Assembly (NCBI RefSeq): GCF_009914755.1
Contig: NC_060927.1
Reading direction: 5' to 3' (one strand)
Source: the human T2T-CHM13v2.0 reference genome, Homo sapiens
Length of the DNA stretch: 64,000 bases
The number at the start of each line of letters is the position of its first letter. Position 1 is the stretch's first letter. Shown one piece after another: positions 38,195-58,605 of this stretch. The position numbers and the translations under genes were made by a program. The notes below the pieces were generated by a model, which worked only from the letters and a program-made list of their open reading frames with translations, ran no database searches and was not told where the DNA came from.

Positions 38195-39819
38195 CTAATT
38201 GCAACAAGAAAACAAATCTGAATTGAAAGGGACTTTATAGATCGAAATTTACTCTTCATTAGGCTATATTATTCCCTTTTCAGAACAGAAGTTGTATAAT
38301 TAAAAGTGAATTTTTAGTTGTGTATGTCCAAGACCCATAACTTCTGTTTTCATGGGGGACTATTGATTATGTATACTTAAATCATAAAAGTAAGATGTCC
38401 TGATAAAATGTGGATTTCTGGTTTGATATGATTCATTATATATTATTTAGGGTCTAATAAAATTTGCTTTTGGGGACAAGACTGAAAGTGTCACCATTCG
38501 GTCTGTAGTTGGAAATTCTTACTCAGTGCTTAAGAACTTAACTTTCAGCTTTCTTACTTTTGCTTACCCATTAGCTGGCTTGTCAGAATGTCTTGGAAGA
38601 ACCATTAAACCTCATTTAGTCCCTGCTGTTACTTCTAGGACACATGCTACACAAAATTGCCTGTGTAAGAACAGCTTAGTAGTCAATGTTTACAAATTGG
38701 AGGGACTGTCTTTGTGACCTGGATTTTGGGGCATGTACTTAAAACATCCATAGTAGTGATTATCCATCCATAGTGTCTTCATCTGACCAACAACACGTGT
38801 TCATTGTACCTTAGTTTCAAAATCTCTGGAAAAGATGACTGCCTATCACTTAGATATTTCCAACCTCACCCACCCATGTGAATTGTATGTATTAGATTGC
38901 TCCTATTTTAAGTCAGCTCATCCCATATATACCTTTCAAATGTGGTGAAACTGTGCAGTAGAAATTGGTTTTTTGTCTTAACCTAGGTAAGTTTTTATGG
39001 TTTTTTGGTTTTGATTTATTCAGCTTTTGAAAGAGGAATACTAGGTAAGTTTTTAAATAGTATTTCATTTTGTTATAATAAATGATAAAATAGATTATTG
39101 GCATTAGTCATGTAGCTTTCTGATTTGGGCAAGACTGGCTTGAATAAGTATGAATATTTTTGGTCTGCTAATCATTTTTCTAATAGAAAAAAGTTAAAAA
39201 AAACAAATACCATAATATTTGGAATTTCCATTTTTTACTAGATTAGGCTCAGCCATTTGGATAGAATTTAATGTGCTAACGCTGCAGGAGAGCTACCTCA
39301 AGAAATATATACAGTAGAGTTCAGAGCTGATGTATACTTGTATGACCTGAAGCATATGCACACAGGAATAAAGTAAAACAAGACCCTCCCCGTCCATAAT
39401 GGAGAGAGAGAGCCCACTCAATGAATATGTGCCCTGGCATAGTGTGAGAGTGGGAAACAAATCTGTTTTTCTGTCAGTTTTAGTTCCAGTTTTCCTCTCT
39501 TGTGGGCATTTGGCTGCATCAAGGATGAATCTAGTGTTTAAAGGAAATATTTTTGGTATGCCATTGCCGCTGTAACATCTGCTACTTTCCTTGTATGTCC
39601 ATAAGAAACACTGTGTACTTTGTGCATTATTTAAAGGGAATTTGCAAGCATAATCATGACTCTAGGTAACTTAGGATATCCCGTGTAAGGTATGATTCCA
39701 CTGTCTGTTATGCTCTTCATTGTTTATTATTAAAGTTTTTGTCTTTTAATAATGGATGGAATGCATTTTTCTCCTTGACCTTTATAGTAATTAGATTGGT
39801 GTTTTATTTTTTTAATTAG

Positions 39820-39898
39820 AAATAAAGCTGTTCAACTTGAAAATGAGCTGGAGAATTTTACTAAGCAGTTTCTACCTTCAAGCAATGAAGAATCCTAA
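39820..39898 (+). CDS. MFN1: Mitofusin-1 exon 18, coding part to TAA
   Basis: attag|A AAT AAA...; NKAVQLENELENFTKQFLPSSNEES*; exon lengths are consistent with the known 741-aa protein. Confidence 0.98.
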
Positions 39899-40415
39899 CA
39901 ATAGAGATTGCTTTGGTGACCATGATAGGAGGAAACGAAACTTGTAAGATTGGAACAGTTGTTATTTTTATGAAATTACTTTAAATATGAATTGTACTAA
40001 CTGTACCTAAATAGCAAAGCCCTGTGTAGATTCTGGTAATGATCTGTCTCAGGGTATGTGTATTTTTGAAGAGTGTTATGTCCTTAGTTTTAATTTTGAG
40101 TAAAGAAAAGGCTAAAATCATGAATTAGTTACAAGCAACAGTACCAACTTATGTGACCCCTGAGGGGTGGGGCTGTGAGCTCTTAATTTGTTTTTGATTC
40201 TGAAAAACTCTGCTTCCTGGCATCCAGGAGTTAGAGATTGAGCCTTTCATCTTCTTTCTCAAAACTAGTTTTTGATGCTTTCTTTCATGGGAATAGTCAC
40301 TTTTTTATTTAGTAAATCGCATTGCTGGAACCACCAAGGAGTGTGGAATGTCCTTGAGTGTATTATTTATGCAAGTCACAGTCACGTTGCCATCATGGCA
40401 GCTATGTGAAACACT

Positions 40416-40421
40416 AATAAA
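40416..40421 (+). terminator. MFN1 proximal poly(A) signal
   Basis: AATAAA followed by GU/U-rich tgtgtttttactttttatt. Confidence 0.6.
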
Positions 40422-41035
40422 TGTGTTTTTACTTTTTATTCCCGTTAAAACTGATGTAAAACAGGATAAAGGCTTGTTATAGTCACTTATAAGTATCTGG
40501 GTCTAAGTAATTTCCTTAGATGTTTCTAAAGAAACATTTTCAGCTTTGCTCCCATTATGATTCCAATAAGGAACGCTTTCCTAGTGCAATTTTAGGAGTA
40601 AAGTTTGAAGAGATAAAAATAGCCAAAGATAGGAGACGTCTGAATTTTGAATGATAAACAGTGATGTTTTAAAAAAGCTGTTGTTCTTCAGGAGGCATTT
40701 GCCTAGGATATTGCTGGATTATACCCCATTGGAGGCTTTTAATTTTATTTGTATGAATTTTCCAGGATTTCATTAAAAATTATTATTGTATTTTTTACCT
40801 TAATGAAAGATTTTGGGTTCAAATATCTTTCTATATTAAAAGCTGATTGAGTCTGTACATATGTAAATTATGCCTAGTGGAGGTTCTGTTGACTTTCTTC
40901 CCCACTGTGGAAGAGGCCAGTTTTGCCTCCATTTGCACATTCATTTCAGTTATTTCTGATCCATAAATATAACATTTACAAAATTCTTCCTTGAGCTGGT
41001 GGAAATGCCTCACCAGTTTCCTCTTTAATGAATCA

Positions 41036-41041
41036 AATAAA
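41036..41041 (+). terminator. MFN1 middle poly(A) signal
   Basis: AATAAA; a genomic A-run lies ~17 nt downstream, so internal priming is a caveat. Confidence 0.6.
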
Positions 41042-41620
41042 ATCTTTAACTGATGTTAAAAAAAATTGATTGAAACTCAGATGGAATGGAAATGTACAAA
41101 AATGACACCATTCTAGGAATTTGCTAGACAAAATGTAGGACTACCAGATCAGTATCTCCTAGACACTTGTTAGAAATGCACAATCCCGGGGAACGCAGTA
41201 CATTTGGCCACATGTAGTTTATGTTTCCTTTTCATGGGAGGGATAAAATTTAAAGCTTTTTTTTTCTTTGAATACAGTCCTTCCTTTTCTATGCCTTTTA
41301 AGGCTTCTAGATGCTATTCAGCCTTTTTACAGCAGGTGCAACTCTATTTTTCAAGGTATCTTAGAAGATAACACTAGGCCATTGAAGCCTTTCAAAAATA
41401 TATTTTTATGCAAATTGACACGAGTGCAGTATACTAATGCAAATTAATTTTGGTGTTTAGCTTTTATTGCTCATTTATAACCCAAGAAATGGTACAGACC
41501 ACAGTAAGTGGGATTAGGTAACAACTACAACATGGAAAAACAGTGTCTAAGATCACGTACTGCTAATTTAGGTTACAAAACTCAAGGCTGTAACCTTTAT
41601 ATGAAAGTACTTAAGCTTGA

Positions 41621-42135
<515 letters not shown>

Positions 42136-42231
42136 GTATTAGGTTTGGTATGGCAACTTTTTCATCACTTGTTTTATGTAGTTGTCTGATCAATTGTGAA
42201 AACATAATGAATGTTGGAAATGGAACAGTAA

Positions 42232-42553
<322 letters not shown>

Positions 42554-42748
42554 GAAAGCCAACTCTTATGCCTAGAAATATGTGCACCTATGACCAAGCC
42601 CATGAATTATACAGGAATTATGTAATTATGAGTGATGTACTTCAAAGTTATTGCACATACACTTGTTTACTTTGTATGTTTGCAGGATTAAACTTTGTAT
42701 AATCTTTTTACAAAAATTTTTTTTCAGTATGCAAGCTTGCAAGATGAA

Positions 42749-42754
42749 AATAAA
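42749..42754 (+). terminator. MFN1 distal poly(A) signal
   Basis: AATAAA with upstream UGUA elements and downstream U-rich sequence. Confidence 0.65.
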
Positions 42755-43462
42755 ACCTGTTTGCCTGATAGTTGACAAATGTAGCATTTATACTAGTATT
42801 TAGTGAGTTTTTATCTTTCATTCTTAATTACTTTTATGGTAGATATGTAAGTTATCTTAAGTAGACCTCTTTTGACTGCATTACTGTTTGTTTAGTTCTT
42901 CTGGGCAAGCATTAAAAGGGTAAGTAAGTAAGTCAGAGTTACATACACCAGTCATTAGTATAAGATGTCATACAATACCGTCAGAGGAGCACATTTCAAG
43001 AAGTTTTCTACCTTAAACATAACAATTTACAGGTACTTAGTACTCTTCACTGGACAATAGAACTAATTTAGTGTCAAAGGGGAGTTTATTCTTGCCCTCT
43101 GCTTCAACCTGTAGTGCTATGTGCCCCTCCACGGACTCATAAGTTTAAGGGAAAGAAACATTTTATTATAGAATAATATTAAACAAGGACAGAGATAACC
43201 AGGAAAGCATAATAAACCTTCATTACTCCATTGCCCAGCTTCAAGAATTACCAACTCATGGCTAAAGGTGTTTTATCATCTCCCACATTTTGAAGTAAAT
43301 TTAAGATGATAATCTGTAAATAATTAATATTATATAACATCTTTTTATCTTAATTTCCACCCTCATCCTCCCCCAAGGGTGTGGTGGTGAAAGAAAGTAG
43401 TAAAGATAAGATAATTAATTAATCAACACCATAGGCAGCATCGCTTATTTAAAAATTACAGA

Positions 43463-43896
43463 GGCCAGGCTTGTTGGCTCAAGCCTGCAATCCCAGCAGT
43501 TTGGGAGATCAGGGTGGGATGGTCCCTTAAAGCCAGGAGTTCGAGACATGCCTGGGCAACAAAGCAAGACCCCTGTCTCAATAAAAACTTTTTATAAAAA
43601 ATTGGCTGGGCATGGTAGTTCACGCCTATAATCCCAGCACTTTAGGAGGCTGGGGCAGGCAGATCTCTTGAGCCCAGGAGTTCAAGACCAGCCTGGGCAA
43701 CATAGACCCTGTCTCTACAAAAAATATAAAAATTAACTGGGCATAGTGGCATGCACGTACCCATAGTCCCATCTACTCCAGAGGCTGAAGTGGGATGATC
43801 ACTTGAGCACGGGAGGCTGAGGTTGCAGTAAACCATGACGACACCACTGTACTCCAGCCTGGGCAAGAGAGTAACACTCTCAAAAAAAAAAAAAAA
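43463..43896 (+). mobile_element. FLAM/left arm plus AluJ in the MFN1-GNB4 intergenic gap
   Basis: Alu consensus, sense. Confidence 0.9.
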
Positions 43897-43937
43897 TTGT
43901 GGCATAAAAAAATACAATGAAATCTGGTTAAAAGCAC

Positions 43938-43943
43938 TTTATT
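43938..43943 (-). terminator. GNB4 distal poly(A) signal
   Basis: tttatt on + strand (AATAAA on -), followed on - by GU/U-rich sequence (reverse complement of aaaaaaatacaa). Confidence 0.7.
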
Positions 43944-45579
43944 GATTACAGTATCAATTCACAACATTTCATAAAGCCACTGTACAAATAGAGGAATGAA
44001 TCACTGTGTAAGAAAGATCTAAGAACAGTTAAATCATGATACAAGTCCATAGTTTATATGGTTTAGAGCTTTAAGAGCCTTAATCTAACACGTTTACCCT
44101 TCCCATAATTAGACTACTACTGACATTCATGTTCAGTTGACCACGAGTGTGTACAAATCATTCTAGGTAAAGACAAACACTTTCAGAATGCTTTAACAGA
44201 AAAATAATTTTAATCAACTTTAAAAACACACTTAGATGTGGATGCCTTTGGATAGGAAAATAGAAATGCAAGTGTTCAGATGCTTCTTTGAAAAGAAAAC
44301 AATAGGATAGAGCACCATTGTGTAAAAGACAAAAGGCTTGAGATATCTACCAAGTATATCACTGAAGTTCTATTAATTAAGAAATAAATACTGTATGATG
44401 TAAGATTTTGTTGAATACATTTAACACCAGTTGGAATATAGCTTTTTCCCCCCCGTAATGCTGCTTTATCACAACTGTATTTTACAAAATCAGCAACTGG
44501 ATTTAAGAAAGAAGACATAGGAGATTTTATCAACATGCAAACATTTGCTAAATACAAGGTGTACCATCAATGTGTGATTAATTAATAAGTTACTTTTTAA
44601 AATAAAGTGCTAGCTTAGATATTCTACTATAAACCATTTCATTGAGTACCTATTATGTAACCAATATTTTAAAATATACACTGAATCTGAGGCAACCCAA
44701 AATGAACAATGGAAAGAAAACTAGTAAATCTGAAATGTACTTCACATTCTACTTAATCTAATTTAAAATATAAATTCATTGTGCAACCCATAAGAAAGAT
44801 GGTCCAACCTGTGGGTATTTTTAAAAATTCTAACAGGAGAAATCATTTAAAATTTTGCTTTTTCACAATGGCAAAAAGGAAAGAATTTGAACATAATATT
44901 TAATTTTTAAAAAAATTCAGCCTGACTCCGACCCTGAAGATTTCAGAAAGAACATCGTCACTATTAAAATGATGACAGGCCCAAATGGGGGATTGTTTAA
45001 CCAGTTTTCCTAAGTTAAACCAAGAATAAGCCACAAGTATTCAATTGTGTTACAACTTAGATCTGAGACATTTACATCAAAGCATACTTCCCTGAACATG
45101 TTCACATTTAAAATGCTTAAGGTCTTATTATTAAATCCAAAATACCAAAAGTATTAGAGGAGCTAGTTATACAATATTGGCACAGCATTTTTAAGCAATA
45201 ATAAAAGTTTCATTTTGTCACCTTAAGTCAAGATCCATTTATCTATTAATAGGTTAAGTCTGAAATTCTGTAACATATTCTAGAAGCACCTACATCCATT
45301 ATTTCCAGGAGACTAGTTTACTACTATCATGCAATCGCTGAGGTCATATGAGTCTAAAATGAAGGGAATTGCTGAACAGGCCCTTTTGCTGTTGAGATAT
45401 GAAGCCCAAATCTTTGCCTCTGAAGACGGAATTCAATGTGGTGTGTGTAATCACAAGTAAAAACTTGAGCTAGGGAGGAACCTTGGATATTCAGTCTACA
45501 TCTCAAACAGCATAGCTGCCAAAAATGAGGCCTGTCCATTAAAGTGGAGGAGATATCCTTGCTGATGGCAAAAACTGCT

Positions 45580-47337
<1,758 letters not shown>

Positions 47338-49047
47338 AAAAAGTTAATAGAAATCTTAATCAAAATATAAATATACATTCATAACTGCCATCTACAATAT
47401 TCTGTTTTGGTCCTATATCTTAATTTGCCTTTATCCACTTTATTATTCTAATTGTCAACTGATTTTAATAAAACTGATACATCTTTACAGTTGATGCACA
47501 TATTAGCACATTCACAACATAAAAACAAAAATTTAGAGGTAAAGTTTGGGAGTATTTAGGTTAAGTTACACATGTTCAAAAGTTAACACAGACCTATCTG
47601 AAAAGTAACTAAGTTACAAAACAATGCACGTCTATATATCAGAATAATCCAAGACTTTACCATCAAGCAAGACTAACAATCTTCTATTATCAGTCATTTA
47701 GACTTATTTGTAAAAGAGAATCCAACAGGAAAAGTATCTTTAACTTGGTCGTGGGGGACTTCTAGTAAGAGACACATTATTATACCACAGAAAAACTGTT
47801 TAATATAGCTCTCTAACTCCTTTAAGAACTGCTTTAGGAATTTTTATTTTGGCTTTAAGTGGAATCACTTACATCTAGACATCCTTTGAAGCAAAACCAC
47901 TTAGAAACCAGTATTTTGTGCTAAGGAAGGGAAGAAATACTACAAAATGTTGCAAAACAGAACAAAAAGCTTAAAGGTTTAAGAAATTTAAAGGCACAGA
48001 TATTTCACATCAATTCAGATTTTATAGTATGCAAACATGAAATAAACCACCGTATTACAACAAATATGTGCTAGCGATTGGTTAGATTTCACACTTCTCT
48101 CCAAATGTAACACTGTCACATTGCATTTCCTCTCTAGATGTATACTGATAGCACTGGGAAAGATGTTCAGATGCAGGGACAATCCCAATGTTTACCAAAC
48201 TTCTGAAAGATGAGTATACGCTACAAACTTAGTTCCAAATATGAAATGAAAAGGAAAGTCCAGCTATTTAGGGGGGTACTCAAAGTGTCAACTGATCATA
48301 ACCAGGCTTTTAAAATGTCAAGAACCATTTATATGCTATTACCTACTTTTTATTAATTATAATGATGTTTCTTATGTATGTCCAAAATATCAGTGAAATC
48401 TCTAATCTCTGGCCTTCAGATTATCTGTCCCCTCAAAGGACTGAAAGCAAGCACTTTGATTAATAGTATATGGCAAATGATGCATGAGAAACAATGAACT
48501 CCCCTCAGAGGTGCCCCACCTGTCAATGCTCTTAAACATGAAGCTATCAGGATCTCTTAGATTCAAAGAGATATCAGAATTCAAGGGGACTTTCTTCAGA
48601 CATAAATACACACACATACAGTATCATTTCTGTCTGTTTCTGTGCCTGGTTCTTCCATTACAAAACTCAAAAATATGACATTTCTTGTGTATACAAAGTT
48701 AAAAATGTACTTCTTAAAAAATGCAAACACAATGGCGAGCTGCTATAATGTGTACATTCTGTTCTACACAAAGAAAATACACTCTGAGTACACACAACAA
48801 TTCACCAAGGTTAAAATAACCCAACCCCTCAAATTAATACACTGGTCCTTTTGATCTCAGAAGGCGCCTTTGCCTTTTTTCCTCCACCCCCACTTTTTTT
48901 TTGGTAGTTTACTGAAAGCTTGTTTTTGTAGATAATCTAATAGAAAAATCTTCACCTGCAAATATAAGGTAGAATTTTTTCACAGCTATAGGCTGTAGCA
49001 TTGATTTCTCCAGATATATCAATGGAGAACAAATATGTATGACACTG

Positions 49048-49167
<120 letters not shown>

Positions 49168-50329
49168 TCAGTAAAAAATTGGCAATTGTAGGGTTTTAGA
49201 ATTAAACAAGTATATGCAGAGATTTAAAAGGGTGCTTATAAACTATCAGTCCAGTTTTCTTGAAAGTTCATCAGTTAAAAAATAATAATAATTTAAAAGA
49301 AAACAACAAATTTCTCTGAGTAAGAAGACAAGTTAGGAGTAAGCTGGATGTATTTATAAATTTGGATTATTTGAATTTTGACATGCATCAATTTGTGGTT
49401 TTAATTTTTGAAAAATCATCTTATAATTCAACTTATATCTAGGAAAACATATGCAGACAATTATTCCACATCTCTAATAAGTTCTCGATATTCCAAATTT
49501 TGCTACTGAGCTATGTATGCTATTCTCAACAAAAACAAGATTTTCAATGAAGTTCACTGAAGGAGCCCTTCACCACAGGAACGACAAAAACGTAAGAACA
49601 AAGCTGCCTCACATCACTGCTTCCAAGAATACCAACATAATTCATTTACTTTCTTATGCTAATCACCAAACTCTGGAATGTTATTGGTTATAACTTTCTG
49701 AAACCATGAAACTCATCTAGTTTTCATTTCTTTCACACATTAAACTCATTTGATGTATTTCCAGTATTTTGGAAGAAAACAAGAAATACAGTAAGATTAA
49801 TAAGAAAAATTAGAATACATCAAATGCTCAAAATTTTTAAATACAGTGTTTGAATTTGCATTCTCTCTCTCTATTCTTAAGCATATCATTTTCGATCAAT
49901 CAGGAACAGAAGTTCATCTTGTAACTCTTAATATTCTCTATAGTATCTCCAGTATGGCCATGTTTGGCAATGGGAAAATTTACCATTATGAGTTGAAATA
50001 ACAAAAAAAATGAACATTGTGGCTAAATACTTTAAGTCACACTGGAGAGGGAAATGAATTAGCAATTCACAAGTCAGGATCCAATTTTAAGTTCAAAGTT
50101 CCAGTTGAGCCAACCTGAAACCAGCTTGTAGGCAAAGCAAAACTAAACCTCAAGCATATAAGTGTGGACAACAAGCACATTTTTATTTTGTTATGGATAC
50201 TAATTGTTTCAATCCAGGCAAAACACCAAATATCTTTAAAAGGTAATTGGCCTTAAGCAACGGAATACTTCCAGGAATCTACTTGCAAAGTGTAAAACTG
50301 CAAACCATGCAGTCTCTTGAAAGAGGTTG

Positions 50330-52520
<2,191 letters not shown>

Positions 52521-53022
52521 AAAAATAGCTAAAAATTACTCTGTATGACTTGTTATTAATGACAGTCCCCAGTATGGCTTAATGTGTATTGTCATCTTGT
52601 AGAAGCTGCAGAGGAGGACTCAGGGTATGGGGCTAAGGGAAGCGACAGGTCTATGTCCTGTCCCATACAAGATCTGCTTCAGAAGGAAGAAAACCAGCAG
52701 TTACAATGTTTCCTGTCAGGTGATAAGAAAAGTGTGATTTCTAAAAGACCACACTGAATCACATTCACTATCCATCTTTAATTCTGAAGTCTACCAAATA
52801 AGAAAATATTACAGACCTCAGTGTGATTCTTCAGAAAGCAAAAGTGTAAATATGGCTTATGGATTATAACCACAAACAAAAGGTAACAACAAAGAACATG
52901 ATGAGAACCATCGGGTTACCACTTTCCACAACTCCAAGATGTCCATGGAGGCCTAGAACACAACTGATGGGAACCTCTTCACGCTTCCTGAAAATCAGAA
53001 CCTAATGTGGACTTATTTACTA

Positions 53023-53241
<219 letters not shown>

Positions 53242-53603
53242 CTAGACAGGAAAGTAACAAACATTTATTCTACAGATGTATGCACAATCATAGGAGGCAA
53301 TGTAATAATAGACAAATCTAGATTAATATTCCAACTTGGCTACCTACCAGGTGAGCGATGTTGGGCACTAAAGATTCTTAAATATTTTGAGCCTCAGATT
53401 CCATTTCAAAGTGGTGATTAAGACTGAATTAAATAACATATGCAAAGTACACAGCCCATTGTTCAGAACACAGCAAGTATTCAACAAATACTGGCTCTGG
53501 TTCTCCATATGTCATGTTGAAACATTTAAAGCAAGTACTAATATTTATAGAATATATATGTGTGTGTGTGTGGCTGTTGTAGAACGAATGGCAAGGAGAT
53601 AAA

Positions 53604-53720
53604 AGGTCCACAATCCTTATAGGGTTATAAGGACCCCTCGGGACAGTTCTTTTTCAGAATTCAGAATTTTTCAGATTTTAGAAAGGTAATATACTGTGTA
53701 TTTGGTAAAACCCAAATATG
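53604..53720. mobile_element. MER46C-like Tigger MITE fragment
   Basis: aggtccacaatcc ... gaattcagaatttttcagattttagaaaggtaata. Confidence 0.6.
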
Positions 53721-54415
53721 GTGCAATTTACAATATACTCTCAAGTCAACATTATTAAATAACACTATTCAAATCCTCAGCATCTTATTTCGTGCCTTCT
53801 TAAGATATCAGTATTTCCAAGTTGTCTACTAAAGTCTCCTACACAATGGTGTTTTGGGTCCTTGAATTTTTAATGGCTTTTGTTTTATGAATTTCAATGT
53901 TATAGCATCACTACTGTCCCTTTCATTAAGATAAAACTTCTCTCATCTTATAGTTTTTGCTCCAATTCTACTTCGGTTAATAGTAATATAGTAATATTAC
54001 TACAGATTTCCTTCCAGTTTATGACTTACCCACTCTCTTACTGTTACATTTAGCCTTCCTGGGTCATTTTGTTTTAGGTGTGTTTCTTGCATACAACATT
54101 ATAGTTCAGTTTATTCTGTATCTTTTAATAGCAGTAATCATTTACGTGTAATGCCTTAAGTGATTATTCTTGGTCTTAATCTCTTATCCTGTATTATATG
54201 TAGTGTATTTCCTCCCCACATCATGACTATGATCTCTGATACTTAAAATTATTGGGTCACAGTATTTCTCCCTTAACACTTGGCAGATACTGTTCAGGAG
54301 CCTTTCAGCAGTGTCTATTGTGAAAAAGTGTGAGGTTAGCTTGGTTTTTAATCTTTTATATCTAGGTAATCTGCGTTTTCATCTTGAATTTTCTCCCATC
54401 TTTTGATACTCTTAA

Positions 54416-54756
<341 letters not shown>

Positions 54757-55031
54757 TAATTACTTTTTAAAAAGTACTTCATAAGACCCTTGGACCTTCT
54801 ACTCAATGTTTTTCTTCAACTAAGATATTTTTTAAAAATTTACTTCTTGGCTATCCTTCTGCTTCCAGCCAAAATGGAGCAACAGTGATTGGATTTGCTC
54901 CATGCCTTAAAAAACTAAAAACAACTGGACAAAAATATATAAAACATGGTTCTAAAAACATTGGATATCAGTCAACGAAGGAGCGTGCCTCTGAGAAACA
55001 ATAAATAAAACAGGCCAGGCACGGTGGCTCA

Positions 55032-55320
<289 letters not shown>

Positions 55321-56464
55321 TCATTCCTACAGCTGCTCCATCTTACTACCTTACTACCATCTTACTATGAAAGTTTATAAAGGTCATGGTGAAGGGAAGA
55401 GAAACGCAGCTGGAGCCCACTGGCCTCCCTGAGTTGAGGAGAAAGCACTGGGAATCCAAGAAGTCCACAGCAGCTAGAGTTCACAGAGAGTGTCAGAGAG
55501 GACAATGCTTGGCAAAGAGAAAACTCCAGAGGCATGCTGAGGACATCCTTTAGGTAGTCAACTGAGTACCGATCAGCAGAGCCGTGTGAGAAAACTAATC
55601 AAGCTGCAAAAGACACCCAAAAAGATTACAGGAAACAAACCCTGGTGTGTACATAGGACAAAAATAATGCCTATCCCCTCCAGACAGAGGGAAAACCTCA
55701 TAATAACCTCATTATACACCGGAAAAACCTCGTAATTTCTTGAGAAGAGGGGTTTTAAGTCTTTTGCCTCACCAGTGGGGCAAAATTAAGCACACACGGT
55801 GTGACTCTGGTCCCATCTAACAAAACTTACATGCAAACCCTATAATGATCAAATAGTTTCCAAGTAACTTAACTTGGCCAGTCTGATTTTAGCTATGCCC
55901 CAGAGCAAATCTAAATAATATTTTTATGAATATAAAATTATCTAGCATCCAACAAGGTAAAATTCACAATGTCTGGTATCTAATAAAAATTCACCAGACA
56001 TGCAAAAAAGCAAGAAAATATGACCTATAATTAGGAGAAAAATTAATCAGTTGAAAAAAACAGAAAAAGTCACAGAAGATAAAATTAACAGACAAGGACA
56101 ACAACGTCTGGGATGAAAAGTGCACTGGATGGGTTCACGGCCGATTAGATACAACAGAAAAGACATATGAAGGCAAAGCAATAGGACCCATCCAAAGTAA
56201 AATACAGAAAGAAAAATATCCTGAACAATAAGATGAACAGAACATGAGTGAGCTCTGGGAAAACTTCAAGTGGTTTAATGTCTATGTAACTTAAAGTCTC
56301 CAAAGGAAGGAAGAGAGGAGACAGAAAAAAAAATCTGATTAGGGGCTCGGTGCGGTGGCTCACGCCTTTAATCCCAGCATTTTGGGAGGCCGAGGCAGAC
56401 AGATCACCTGAGGTCAGGAGTTCAAGACCAGCCTGGCCAATGTAATAAAACCCCGCCTCTACTA

Positions 56465-56758
<294 letters not shown>

Positions 56759-57183
56759 TCACTTCAGCCCAGGAGTTCGAGACCAGCCTGGGCAACATGG
56801 CAAGACCCTATCTCTGCAAAAAATACACACACGCACACAAAATAGCCAGGCATGGTGGCACGCACCTGTATACCCAGCTACTTGGGCCCAGGGAAGTCGA
56901 GGCTGCAGTGAGCCATGACTGCACCACTGCACTCCAGCCTGGGTGACAGTGAAACCCAGTAAAAAAAAAAAAAAAAAATTATGGCTTTAAGTTCCAGTAT
57001 TAGAAATTTTAAAAAGTTCCAAATCAATGACATCAGCTTCTATCTTAAAAAAACTAGAAAAAAGGCTGTGCACAGTGGCTCATGCCTGTAATCCCAGCAC
57101 TTTGGGAGGCCGAGGTGGGTGGATCACCTGAGGTCGGGAGTTCGAGACCAGCCTGACCACATGGAGAAACCTCGTCTCCACTA

Positions 57184-57345
<162 letters not shown>

Positions 57346-57427
57346 TCAAAAACAAAAAAAAAAAGGCCAGGGGCTGTGACTCACGCCTGTAATCCCAGCA
57401 CTTTGGGAGGCCGAGGCAGGCAGATCA

Positions 57428-58063
<636 letters not shown>

Positions 58064-58209
58064 CCAAGTAAGCAGTAGAAAAGAAATAATAAAGATGAGA
58101 GTGAAAGATCAATGAAACAGAAAAACAACAGAGTATCACTCAGAACAAAAGCTGGTTCTCTGAGGAGATAGTTGATTTATTTATTGATTGATAGATAGAT
58201 AGATAGATA

Positions 58210-58605
58210 TGTTCATTGCTAAGGCTGCCATAACAAAGCACCACAAGCTGGGTGGCTTAAACAAAAGGAATGTATTGTCTCACAGTTCTGGAGGCTAGAA
58301 ACTTGAAACCAAGATATCTGAGGACTGTGACAGAAAGATGTGTAATCTTCTCACTGTCCTGTAGATGACTGTCTTCTCCTGTGTCTCTTCACATCATCTT
58401 CCCTCTATGCTTGCCTGTCTCCAAACTTCCCCCTTTTATAAGGACAATAGCCACGCTGGATTAGTGTCACCCAATCCATTATGACCTCATTTTAACCAAT
58501 TATATCTGGACCAACCTTATTTTCAAATAAGGTCACGGTCTGAGGTCCTGGGCTTTAAGACTTCAACATATAAATTTTAGATGGGCACAATTCAACCCAC
58601 AGTCC
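58210..58605 (-). mobile_element. MLT1A/B-like MaLR LTR preceded by (GATA)n
   Basis: ggctgccataacaaagcaccac...ctcacagttctggaggctagaa. Confidence 0.8.

Noticed and set aside
39821-39826. AATAAA at the start of MFN1 exon 18
   Set aside because: It is coding sequence (Asn-Lys) upstream of the stop codon, with no evidence of use as a PAS.
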